A stretch of DNA of 64,000 nt from Bacteriovoracaceae bacterium (GTDB lineage Bacteria; Bdellovibrionota; Bacteriovoracia; Bacteriovoracales; Bacteriovoracaceae), in contig OZ244226.1 in assembly GCA_965217035.1 (NCBI GenBank), positions 1,532,146-1,596,145 of the forward strand, written 5' to 3'. Positions within the stretch are counted from its first letter, which is position 1. Each line of letters begins with the position of its first letter. Positions 10,807 through 19,492 of this stretch are shown here, piece after piece. The notes below the pieces were generated by a model. The model had not been told where the DNA came from, searched no databases, and saw only the letters and a program-made list of their open reading frames with translations. A program made the position numbers and the translations under genes.

Positions 10807-11112
10807 TTAGCCTCTTAGTTCCTTAGCTTCATCAATATGAATTGTATTGTTGATTTGAAAATATCTAATAACAATCGCTAGACCAACTGCGGCTTCAGCT
10901 GCTGCGATGACAATAATAAAAAGAGTAAATATATGACCGTCTAAATTCTTCGCCACAAATCTTGAATAAGCGACAAAGTTAAGAGCTGCTGAGTTTAAAA
11001 TAAGCTCAACTCCCAATAAAATAGCGACGATATTCTTTCGAGAAAGCATCACTGCTAACCCAACAAAGAAAAGAACAAGAGAAATTCCTAAGTACCACTC
11101 TAAACCAAACAT
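10807..11112 (-). CDS. nuoK: NADH-quinone oxidoreductase subunit K (start reassigned to MFGLEW)
   Basis: GVELILNSAALNFV, IAAAEAAVGLAI. ATG at 11112 lies 1 nt past the nuoJ stop and avoids the 77-nt overlap of the longer track ORF. Confidence 0.95.
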   Translation of the reverse strand: MFGLEWYLGISLVLFFVGLAVMLSRKNIVAILLGVELILNSAALNFVAYSRFVAKNLDGHIFTLFIIVIAAAEAAVGLAIVIRYFQINNTIHIDEAKELRG

Positions 11113-11113
11113 A

Positions 11114-11683
11114 TTAATGTTGCTCCTCAGGCTCTTCATCAAACTTAGGTCTCGCTTTTCTTGGTCGAGCAATAATCGCTGCTCCCACAAGAGCTCCTAA
11201 AAGAAGAACAGATGAAAGTTCAAATGGAAGAACATGATCCGTAATAAGTAATTCGCCAAGTTCTTGAACAGTTGGACTAAAAGTTTCTACTTGTTCACTC
11301 GGCTCAACGGCTCCAAGAAGTTTTGAAACTAAGTAACCTTGAGTTAGCAGAAAAACGAGCGCGGTTAAGCACCCAATGATATAACTCGTTTTGTTTCCCA
11401 TTGCAGGAACAAGACTTTTAAGCTTCTGAGTTTTGCTAACAAAATCTTTTCCACCCGTAAGCATAACTGCAAATAGCATAAGAATAACAACTCCACCTAC
11501 ATAAACCATAATTTGAGTAACGGCTACAAAGTCAGCTCCAAGAGTTGCATAAAGACCAGCTACTCCAATCAAACTTCCCAGGAGAAAAATACAGGCATGC
11601 ATGAGATTTCTAACAACTAACATTCCCAGCGCACATCCAATAGTTAAAAGTGCAGAACTTAAAAACAAAATATTTAAAAACAT
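11114..11683 (-). CDS. nuoJ: NADH-quinone oxidoreductase subunit J
   Basis: QIMVYVGGVVILMLFAVML and LPFELSSVLLL motifs. Confidence 0.95.
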   Translation of the reverse strand: MFLNILFLSSALLTIGCALGMLVVRNLMHACIFLLGSLIGVAGLYATLGADFVAVTQIMVYVGGVVILMLFAVMLTGGKDFVSKTQKLKSLVPAMGNKTSYIIGCLTALVFLLTQGYLVSKLLGAVEPSEQVETFSPTVQELGELLITDHVLPFELSSVLLLGALVGAAIIARPRKARPKFDEEPEEQH

Positions 11684-11695
11684 TTATAAACCTCT

Positions 11696-12805
11696 TTAGT
11701 GACCAACAATTAAATCGAATATCGACTTACCATCAAAAGCCACCATCCAAATAGCACAACCAACAAGGTTGAAAATTGCCATCGGAGTAAGATACTTCCA
11801 ACAGATTGTCATGAGCTGATCAACTCGAAGTCTAGGAAAAGTCCATCTAACCCAGATAACGATATAATATAAAAGTGCTGTTTTAATGAAAATTGTTCCG
11901 AATTGAAGAAGCTGCTCTGGAACTGTTCCTTTTAAAATTCCCAACGGAAGATTGTATCCACCAAGAAAAAGAGTCGCAGCAACACCACAAAGAATAAAAA
12001 TTTCCATATACTCTGCAAGAGCAAAAAGCCCAAAACGGATTCCTGTATATTCAGTGTGATAACCTGAAACGAGCTCTGACTCAGCCTCAGGAAGATCAAA
12101 TGGTGCACGATTTGTTTCTGCTAACCCACCAACAAAGAAAACGAAAAAGCCAATAAAAGTAAACGGATTATGAAAAATATACCAATTATGCGGAAGTCCT
12201 GATTGACCAGATAGAACTGATTCAAAAGATAATCCTCCTGCTAAGACAATGATCGACATAATCGAAAGCGTTACAGGAATTTCATAGCTAATAATTTGAG
12301 AGGCTCCTCTCATTCCTCCAAGCATTGACCACTTAGAGTTTGAAGCATAACCACCAAGAAAAATTCCGACACCAACAAGCGAGCTAATTGCAAGAAGATA
12401 GAATATCCCAACATTCATATGAGAAAGAGCGATACCAGAACCAAATGGAAAAACCGCAAATGTTGAAACGACTCCAAAAACACAAATAAAAGGTGCTAGG
12501 TAAAATAAAAACTTATCTGCATCTCGAGGAAAAATATCCTCCTTAGAGATCATTTTGATTCCATCTGCAATTAATTGAAATGCTCCATAAGGACCAACTC
12601 TGTTAGGACCAATTCGCGCTTGAAGATCTGCTGAAATTTTTCTTTCTGCAATTGTTCCAAACCCGCCAACCGTTGCCATAAAAACAGTGATAAGGGCACC
12701 AAAGGCAATGATTATAAAAACAGAAACGAGAAATGGATTAACCCCTTCAACCAAAGATTGAAAACCTTCAAATTGATAAAAGAATTCCGCAATTGTATTC
12801 GTCAT
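11696..12805 (-). CDS. nuoH: NADH-quinone oxidoreductase subunit H
   Basis: ERKISA..Q.RIGPNRVGP, ADGIKM..KED, AETNRAPFDLPEAESELVSGY.TEY, PRLRVDQL. Confidence 0.97.
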   Translation of the reverse strand: MTNTIAEFFYQFEGFQSLVEGVNPFLVSVFIIIAFGALITVFMATVGGFGTIAERKISADLQARIGPNRVGPYGAFQLIADGIKMISKEDIFPRDADKFLFYLAPFICVFGVVSTFAVFPFGSGIALSHMNVGIFYLLAISSLVGVGIFLGGYASNSKWSMLGGMRGASQIISYEIPVTLSIMSIIVLAGGLSFESVLSGQSGLPHNWYIFHNPFTFIGFFVFFVGGLAETNRAPFDLPEAESELVSGYHTEYTGIRFGLFALAEYMEIFILCGVAATLFLGGYNLPLGILKGTVPEQLLQFGTIFIKTALLYYIVIWVRWTFPRLRVDQLMTICWKYLTPMAIFNLVGCAIWMVAFDGKSIFDLIVGH

Positions 12806-13212
12806 TTTCGCTCACCTGGTTTAAAGCTTTTAACCCAATCGAGATCACCTTTTTTCCAGCAGTAAGCAATCCCTTCCAAAAGTACCGAAACAAAGCTCAG
12901 GAAAATTATAAGAACATAGGTTCCTTGTCCCATTTCGTTAAACTTTTTAAAAATCGTTGCAACAGGAAACATTAAAACGGACTCAACATCAAAAATAATA
13001 AAAATCAAACCAACAACATAAAAACGAACATTGAAAAGTGACCAAGCTGTTCCAACTGGCTCTTCCCCACATTCATAAGGCATCTCTTTAAGCTTCCCTG
13101 GTTTTTTTGGACTTAATAGATGTGCAGCTAAAAGAGCACCACCAAAAAGAAGAGTAGCAATTACCATCATTACGAGTACTGGTATAAAAATGTTAATGGA
13201 CTCAGTGGCCAT
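12802..13212 (-). CDS. nuoA: NADH-quinone oxidoreductase subunit A
   Basis: K..PYECGEEP, RFYVVGLIFIIFDVE, WKKGDLDW. Confidence 0.96.
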   Translation of the reverse strand: MATESINIFIPVLVMMVIATLLFGGALLAAHLLSPKKPGKLKEMPYECGEEPVGTAWSLFNVRFYVVGLIFIIFDVESVLMFPVATIFKKFNEMGQGTYVLIIFLSFVSVLLEGIAYCWKKGDLDWVKSFKPGERK

Positions 13213-13346
13213 AGTTGGGTAAGCTCCTTTGCTAGTTTGGAGTTCTGCTATCCTATAAAATGTCTTATTGAACTCTATATTTACGACAGGTTACACGATA
13301 GTCATAATGTTGAAAATACCTGTTTAACTGAATTTTTCGGACGTTT

Positions 13347-16300
13347 ATGCATTCATTGTTCATAAAAACAAACCACTGGATTTCACAAGAAGGATCGTCG
13401 CGTCAATTTACTATCAACCAGCTCCCTTTGTCCCAATGGTGTTCAATAAATTTTTTAAAAGATGGTCTTTGGAATCAAAATATAAGTTCAAAAAAAATTA
13501 TAGTCTGTGCATCAGACTCATCTGCCAGAGAGACCCATCAATTGCTCTCAAAAAACTTAAACTCAGTGATTTACCTCGCACCTGAACACTCACCATACGA
13601 CTCATTATTCATTTCCAATGCTGAACTAGATGAACATATCGAAAAAATAAATACTATTTACTCTAATGATTTCGATATCTTGGTAACAACTTTTCGTTCT
13701 TTGCTCTTAAGTATCCCTAAAAATTTAGTAAGCGGACGATTTGTGATGAATAAAAATGAGGAATATTCGCACGGATCTCTTTTAAATAAATTATCTTTAC
13801 TGGGCTACACTCAAACGACCGCATTAAGTGGGCCAAGCCAGTTCTCAATTAAAGGTGAAATTCTAGACGTTTGGATTTCTTCATCTGGACCTTATCGAAT
13901 TCATTTTTTCGATGATCTTGTCGAGGAAATAAATCCTATTGATCTTGATACCTTCAAAAGTATTCGTGACCGAAGCTTGGACACCCTCATTATTCCAGGA
14001 TCTCAATCCTCCTTTACCAGTGAAGAGCACGTAAACCAACTCAGGAGGAATATTCCTCAACCTCCACCTGCTCAAAAAGAAAAATGGCACTTAAGAAAAG
14101 GACTTATTCAAAAGGTTCAAGACAGTGAACCCTTTGAAAATAATATTTATATTTTTCCACTTCTCTTTGAAGATCAGACAAGTGCCTTTGAAGAGCTAAA
14201 GGATAAGGCTCTTTTTATTTTTGAAAACTTTGAAAGTTCAATGGGGGATTTTGAAGTTTTAATAGATCAACTTCATTCAGAATATAATGAAGAAAACTCT
14301 CGAGATGATTCTGAAATTATACTCCCTGAACCAGATAAAATTTTTCATTTTTCCACCAGGGAAATCTTTAAAAACTTGAAGTCTCTCTTTGTCAATTCTT
14401 TAAATATTTCTGAATCACTTAACGAAGATATTTCTTCTTCGATGGATATTAACTCTCAATCCTTAAAGGAGTTTTCTTTCAATCAGGAGAATACAGAGCT
14501 CAGCCTTACGGAAAAAGTTTTTAGAAAAATTAAGGATATAAATCATTCTCTTGATCGTATTTACTTCTTTTATGAAGCTGAAGAATCAAGAGAAAAGTTT
14601 AAGCACCTTCTTGAGACCTATGATGTTCCTCCTGCAAAAATTGAATATTGCGAATCTCCTTTACTAGAAGGCTTTTACTACCCTCAAGACGAATCACTGG
14701 TCCTATCGGACCACCAGATTTTCAGGCGTAAAAAAGAGCGAAGAAAGAAGAAAAGAAAGAAAAAATACGATCTCTTTGCTGAGCAAATTGCAACTCTTCA
14801 GCCTAATGATTTTGTTATCCATAAGAATCACGGAGTCGGTAAATATCTTGGTATTCAAAACCTTGCTGTTTCTGGAGACGATTCAGACTTTGTCGTTATT
14901 CAATACAAAGATGATGATAAAGTTTATGTTCCCGTCTATCACTTAAACCTTGTTCAAAAGTATGGTGATGCCACAGCTGAACATAAACTCGCAGACCTAA
15001 AGTCTAAAAGATTTAATCAAGAAAAATCGAAGGCCAGGGGCTCTGTAAAGAAACTAGCCTTTGACCTTTTAAAACTCCAAGCTGAAAGAGAAGCATTCCA
15101 AGGATATTCCTATGCACCTCCAGGTGAAGACTATGAACAATTTTCTTCATTGTTTCCTTTTGAGTTAACACCTGATCAAGCTCAAGCAACCGATGATATT
15201 TTAGAAGATCTCCAAAAAATTCGCCCAATGGATCGGCTCGTTTGTGGTGATGTTGGGTTTGGAAAAACTGAAGTCGCTATGAGAGCTGCGTTTAAAGCCA
15301 TTGAAGATGGAAAGCAGGTCGCTGTTCTTGTACCGACAACAATTCTTTGTCTTCAGCATTACATGAATTTTAAGGAACGTTTCTCGAACTTTCCTGTCCA
15401 AATAGAGTTTTTATCGAGGTTAAAAACAACAAAAGAAACAAATGAAATTATTGAAAAAACAAACGAAGGTAAAGTTGATGTTCTCATTGGAACTCATAAA
15501 CTTTTGAGTTCTAAGCTTAAATATCAAAACCTTGGTCTCGTCATTATTGATGAAGAACATCGGTTTGGAGTAAGTCATAAAGAAAAATTAAAAGTTTTAA
15601 AAACACATACTGATTTTTTAACTCTAACAGCGACGCCGATACCAAGAACTTTGCAATTATCATTCTTGGGCATTAAAGAACTCTCTCTTATTCAAACGCC
15701 TCCTCCTAAAAGGCAATCAATTAATACTTACGTCATAAGAGAGGACAAGAGCACTATCAAATCAGCTATTAAAAAAGAGCTTTCTCGAGGGGGACAGGTC
15801 TTCTTCATTCATAACAAGGTTCAAGATATTGAATTAGTCGTGAATAAAATTCGCGAATTAGCTCCCAAAGCAAAGATTGTCTATGCTCACGGACAACTAC
15901 CAGAAAAAGAACTCGAGAAAAGAATCTATAGTTTTTATAATAAGGAATATGACATTCTCGTTTCTACAACAATCGTTGAATCTGGTATTGATATACCAAC
16001 TGCCAATACCATGATTATCAACAATGCCCAAAACTTTGGATTGGCTCAACTCCATCAGTTAAGAGGAAGAATTGGACGCTCGAATCAAAAAGCTTACTGC
16101 TATTTTGTTATTCCGAAATATAGAAAGCTCTCAGATACAGCAACGAAACGATTAGAAGCATTACAAAAATATGCAGAGCTTGGTTCAGGTTTTGCTATTG
16201 CAAACTCAGATTTAGATATTCGAGGAGCTGGAAATCTTTTGGGGGCTGAACAGTCTGGTCATATCAACAGTATTGGGCTTGAGCTTTATTTAGAAATGCT

Positions 16301-16799
16301 CAACGAAGCGGTTTCGGACCTCAAGGGAGAAGTCAAAGACTCAAAGGTTGATAATGTTGATGTGCAATCATTCTTTTCTTCTTACCTCCCTGATAGCTAT
16401 ATTGCTGATCAACAAACTCGTCTTAAGTACTACAAAAAAATATCAAACGCGAAAACAATTGAACAATTAGAAGATACAGGTGAAGAGCTTCTCGATATCT
16501 TTGGAAAACTTCCAGAACCAACAGAAAACCTCCTTAATCTTATTGCAATAACCAATGAGGTAAAAAGAATTGGCGTAAAAACCTTAAAACTGAAGATGAA
16601 ACAAACTATCATTGGTTTTGACTTAAATTACCTCGAAAATCATCCTGAATTCCAACAACATGTTGCTAGTTTCTTTTTGAAATCTCCCAACAAATATAAA
16701 GTCCAACCAAACTTGTCGGTCATTATCCATAAAACCAATAAAACTTCTCAAGATTGTAGAGAGCAAATTTTTAAACTCGTTCGTGATCTGTTGGTATAA
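13347..16799 (+). CDS. mfd: Transcription-repair coupling factor
   Basis: UvrB-like D2 region, RID (VIHKNHGVGKY), CGDVGFGKTEVA, DEEH, TATPIPRT, QLHQLRGRIGRS, DLDIRGAGNLLG. Confidence 0.97.
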   Translation: MHSLFIKTNHWISQEGSSRQFTINQLPLSQWCSINFLKDGLWNQNISSKKIIVCASDSSARETHQLLSKNLNSVIYLAPEHSPYDSLFISNAELDEHIEKINTIYSNDFDILVTTFRSLLLSIPKNLVSGRFVMNKNEEYSHGSLLNKLSLLGYTQTTALSGPSQFSIKGEILDVWISSSGPYRIHFFDDLVEEINPIDLDTFKSIRDRSLDTLIIPGSQSSFTSEEHVNQLRRNIPQPPPAQKEKWHLRKGLIQKVQDSEPFENNIYIFPLLFEDQTSAFEELKDKALFIFENFESSMGDFEVLIDQLHSEYNEENSRDDSEIILPEPDKIFHFSTREIFKNLKSLFVNSLNISESLNEDISSSMDINSQSLKEFSFNQENTELSLTEKVFRKIKDINHSLDRIYFFYEAEESREKFKHLLETYDVPPAKIEYCESPLLEGFYYPQDESLVLSDHQIFRRKKERRKKKRKKKYDLFAEQIATLQPNDFVIHKNHGVGKYLGIQNLAVSGDDSDFVVIQYKDDDKVYVPVYHLNLVQKYGDATAEHKLADLKSKRFNQEKSKARGSVKKLAFDLLKLQAEREAFQGYSYAPPGEDYEQFSSLFPFELTPDQAQATDDILEDLQKIRPMDRLVCGDVGFGKTEVAMRAAFKAIEDGKQVAVLVPTTILCLQHYMNFKERFSNFPVQIEFLSRLKTTKETNEIIEKTNEGKVDVLIGTHKLLSSKLKYQNLGLVIIDEEHRFGVSHKEKLKVLKTHTDFLTLTATPIPRTLQLSFLGIKELSLIQTPPPKRQSINTYVIREDKSTIKSAIKKELSRGGQVFFIHNKVQDIELVVNKIRELAPKAKIVYAHGQLPEKELEKRIYSFYNKEYDILVSTTIVESGIDIPTANTMIINNAQNFGLAQLHQLRGRIGRSNQKAYCYFVIPKYRKLSDTATKRLEALQKYAELGSGFAIANSDLDIRGAGNLLGAEQSGHINSIGLELYLEMLNEAVSDLKGEVKDSKVDNVDVQSFFSSYLPDSYIADQQTRLKYYKKISNAKTIEQLEDTGEELLDIFGKLPEPTENLLNLIAITNEVKRIGVKTLKLKMKQTIIGFDLNYLENHPEFQQHVASFFLKSPNKYKVQPNLSVIIHKTNKTSQDCREQIFKLVRDLLV

Positions 16800-16800
16800 T
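16792..16800 (+). promoter_or_regulatory. Extended -10 promoter element overlapping the mfd stop
   Basis: TGgTATAAT, 55 nt upstream of the PPIase start. Confidence 0.55.
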
Positions 16801-16855
16801 CGTAAATTGTAATTATAATAAATACTTATAAGACTTAAACGGCAGAGGGACAGAT

Positions 16856-17653
16856 ATGCGTATTTTATTTTTACTAACAGCAATAATTTTAAGTTTTAAT
16901 TCTTACTCGGAAACAGTTGCAGAAATAAATGGTTACAAAATTTCTAAACAAGAATTAGAAGACGCATATAAAGAAAGATTAATGTATCCAAGTCATAAAA
17001 GGATTACGAAAGAATCTGTTCTTCAAGATTTAATAAATAGAAGGCTCGGTATTGATAAAGCAAAAGCAGATAGGATGGACAAAGAGCCTGATGTCGCTGC
17101 TCGTTTTGATGATATCCTTCATAACGCTCTTATCTCTCGAGATCTTCAAGATAAATTTTCAAAAATTAAAGTTACAGAAAAAGAAGTTGAAAATTATTAT
17201 AAAAACAACAAGGAATATAGAACAAGTCATATTCTTTATAGGGTTCGTGCTGTACCTAGCAAAGAAGAAGTTGAAAATGGATATGAGTTCATGGCTTCTA
17301 TTTATGGCCAGTTAATGAAAAAACCTGTTCGCTTTGAAGAACTTGCAAAAAAACATTCCCAGGTGGCAACAAATCAAAGTGGCGGTGATATTGGATTTCT
17401 CCCTCCAACATCAATGGCGCCTGAATACTATGCAGCAATCAAAGGAAGACCTGTTGGTTTCATTTCGAAACCTATCAGAACACAGTTTGGCTTCCATATT
17501 GTTAAAGTTACTGGGATTCGAGACTACAAAGAAATCAACAAAAATCTTTATAAAAGAATTCTTTTTGACATGAAGCGAGATAAAATCCTCGAGGATTATT
17601 ACTCATCCTTAAAAAAATCTTCAAAAGTTAAAGTCTTTAAGAACAAACTTTAA
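16856..17653 (+). CDS. Exported parvulin/PpiC-type peptidyl-prolyl isomerase
   Basis: Signal peptide; YRTSHIL, FEELAKKHS, GGDIGF, SKPIRTQFGFHIVKV. Confidence 0.9.
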   Translation: MRILFLLTAIILSFNSYSETVAEINGYKISKQELEDAYKERLMYPSHKRITKESVLQDLINRRLGIDKAKADRMDKEPDVAARFDDILHNALISRDLQDKFSKIKVTEKEVENYYKNNKEYRTSHILYRVRAVPSKEEVENGYEFMASIYGQLMKKPVRFEELAKKHSQVATNQSGGDIGFLPPTSMAPEYYAAIKGRPVGFISKPIRTQFGFHIVKVTGIRDYKEINKNLYKRILFDMKRDKILEDYYSSLKKSSKVKVFKNKL

Positions 17654-17684
17654 CTTTATTTCATAATTTGTTACTCTTCTTGTC

Positions 17685-18590
17685 ATGATAAAGCTGCTTT
17701 TAGTGGCCCTATTTATGACGTCTTTTAATGCTCAAGCGCGACTTGTTGATAAGGTCGTTGCAATCATTGACAGCGATATCATCACGCTTTCTGAAGTCAA
17801 AAGAATTAAAAAAAACTTTCAAGCACGAAGCATGATTGCCTCTCTAGTTTATGAGCAAAAATCCAAAAATACGCAAAGCATCCTTGATGCGATGGTTAAA
17901 GTTTATGTTATCCGAAAAAAGCTTACTGAACTTGGAATTGTAATTGATGATGAAAGCGTTGAAGGACGAGTTAAGCAAATTGAAAAAGCCCAAGGTGTTA
18001 CGAGAGATTTTCTTGTTTCATATCTCGATCAACAGAATTTAAGCTTCAAAGAATACTTCGAGCTTATAAAGCAGATGATGGAAGTTTCTTATTTTAACTC
18101 TAAGATTATTGCACCACTTATTTCTGTTTCAGATCAAGAAATTAAAAACTTTTATAGTGATGCCAAATCGAGCGGAGGAACATCTCTTACTTATAATGTT
18201 GTTGATTTTGCTTTAAACGATAAAATTTTAAAACTTCATAGTAAGAAGAAAATTATAGAAATTTTGAAAAAATACAGAACAACAGGAACGCTCCCTTCCG
18301 AATTTTCAGAAATGGCGACAAATAAGCTAACTCTTGAAAGTCAGAGTTTAAACCCTAAAATTAATAATGTTTTAAAAAAGACGAGACCCAAAAGCTTAAG
18401 TGAAACTCTTGTTCTTGATGGGATTGTTCATGTTTTTTATGTTGAAAGCAAAAAAACAAGCGCTTCTTCACGTTTTAAGAAAAACAAAGAACAACTTCGC
18501 CAGCAACTTATGATTAAGAAGTCCAAAGATACGATCAATAAATGGGTCGCAAACGAAAAAGAAAACTACTTTATTAAGTATTTCCTTTAA
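17685..18590 (+). CDS. surA: SurA-like periplasmic chaperone
   Basis: Signal peptide AQA, LVDKVVAIIDSDIITLSEV (SurA N-domain), degenerate PPIase region; directly upstream of pdxA. Confidence 0.8.
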   Translation: MIKLLLVALFMTSFNAQARLVDKVVAIIDSDIITLSEVKRIKKNFQARSMIASLVYEQKSKNTQSILDAMVKVYVIRKKLTELGIVIDDESVEGRVKQIEKAQGVTRDFLVSYLDQQNLSFKEYFELIKQMMEVSYFNSKIIAPLISVSDQEIKNFYSDAKSSGGTSLTYNVVDFALNDKILKLHSKKKIIEILKKYRTTGTLPSEFSEMATNKLTLESQSLNPKINNVLKKTRPKSLSETLVLDGIVHVFYVESKKTSASSRFKKNKEQLRQQLMIKKSKDTINKWVANEKENYFIKYFL

Positions 18591-19492
18591 TGATTTATGT
18601 AACTCAAGGACATGAAAAATCTATCTCTATTGAGGTTTTTCTTAAGTCTTACCTCCAATTATCAAAACTTGAAGCAGAAAGAATTCTGTTTTTTGTTAAT
18701 AAAAAATCATTTGAAGAAAGTCTTAAAGCGTTAAATTGGAACTATCAGCTCGGTGAAGATTTTCTTGAATTTGGAGGGAAGAAATTAAAATGCTCTTTTA
18801 CCACCGAAAATATTAACCCAACTACCGATTCACTCATATCAGCTTTAAAGAAGTTAGAATTATCAAAAGGAGTATTGTTCACATTGCCAACTTCGAAAGA
18901 TCAAATTTTCTTTGAAGGAAAAATCGTAAATGGACACACTGAACTTTTTCGAAAATATTTTAAAAAACCAGATATTGCCATGGTCTTCACCGGTCCAACA
19001 ATGAAATCACTTTTGGTCACTGATCATATACCGCTCAAAAATGTTTCAAGCTCCATTACTCAAAAATTAATTATTAATAAAACTATTGCTGCTATTGATT
19101 ATTTACCAAATGTGAATAAAATTATTTTTTCTGGTATCAATCCTCATTCTGGTGAAAATGGCTTACTTGGGAGTGAAGATAAAATCATTACTGAAAGCAT
19201 TAAGCTTCTTCAAAAACAATACTCCGACAAAGAGTTTATTGGACCACTTTCCGGAGATACACTTCACAATCATCATGAACAAGAGGTTCTTCTTGTCTAC
19301 ATGGCTCATGATCAAGGCTTAGCACCATTCAAACTTGCAAATGGTCTTTACGGTTCTAATATCTCTCTAGGTTTACCATTTCTTAGATTCTCCCCTGATC
19401 ATGGAACAGCTTTTGATTTATATGGTAAAAATAAAGCCTCACATCTTGGATGCTTATACAGCTTAAGAGCTGCTTTGGGGAATGATGGATAA
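18590..19492 (+). CDS. pdxA: 4-hydroxythreonine-4-phosphate dehydrogenase PdxA family
   Basis: GHTE, TDHIPL, GINPHSGE.G.LG.E, HDQGL, GLPFLR.SPDHGTAFD. Confidence 0.92.
   Translation: MIYVTQGHEKSISIEVFLKSYLQLSKLEAERILFFVNKKSFEESLKALNWNYQLGEDFLEFGGKKLKCSFTTENINPTTDSLISALKKLELSKGVLFTLPTSKDQIFFEGKIVNGHTELFRKYFKKPDIAMVFTGPTMKSLLVTDHIPLKNVSSSITQKLIINKTIAAIDYLPNVNKIIFSGINPHSGENGLLGSEDKIITESIKLLQKQYSDKEFIGPLSGDTLHNHHEQEVLLVYMAHDQGLAPFKLANGLYGSNISLGLPFLRFSPDHGTAFDLYGKNKASHLGCLYSLRAALGNDG

Noticed and set aside
11113..11190. N-terminal extension of NuoK in the 127-aa track ORF
   Set aside because: Overlaps nuoJ; ATG 11112 gives a normal 101-aa NuoK.
14720..14770. Purine-rich repetitive stretch in mfd
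   Set aside because: Encodes the Lys/Arg linker before the RID domain; not a repeat element.
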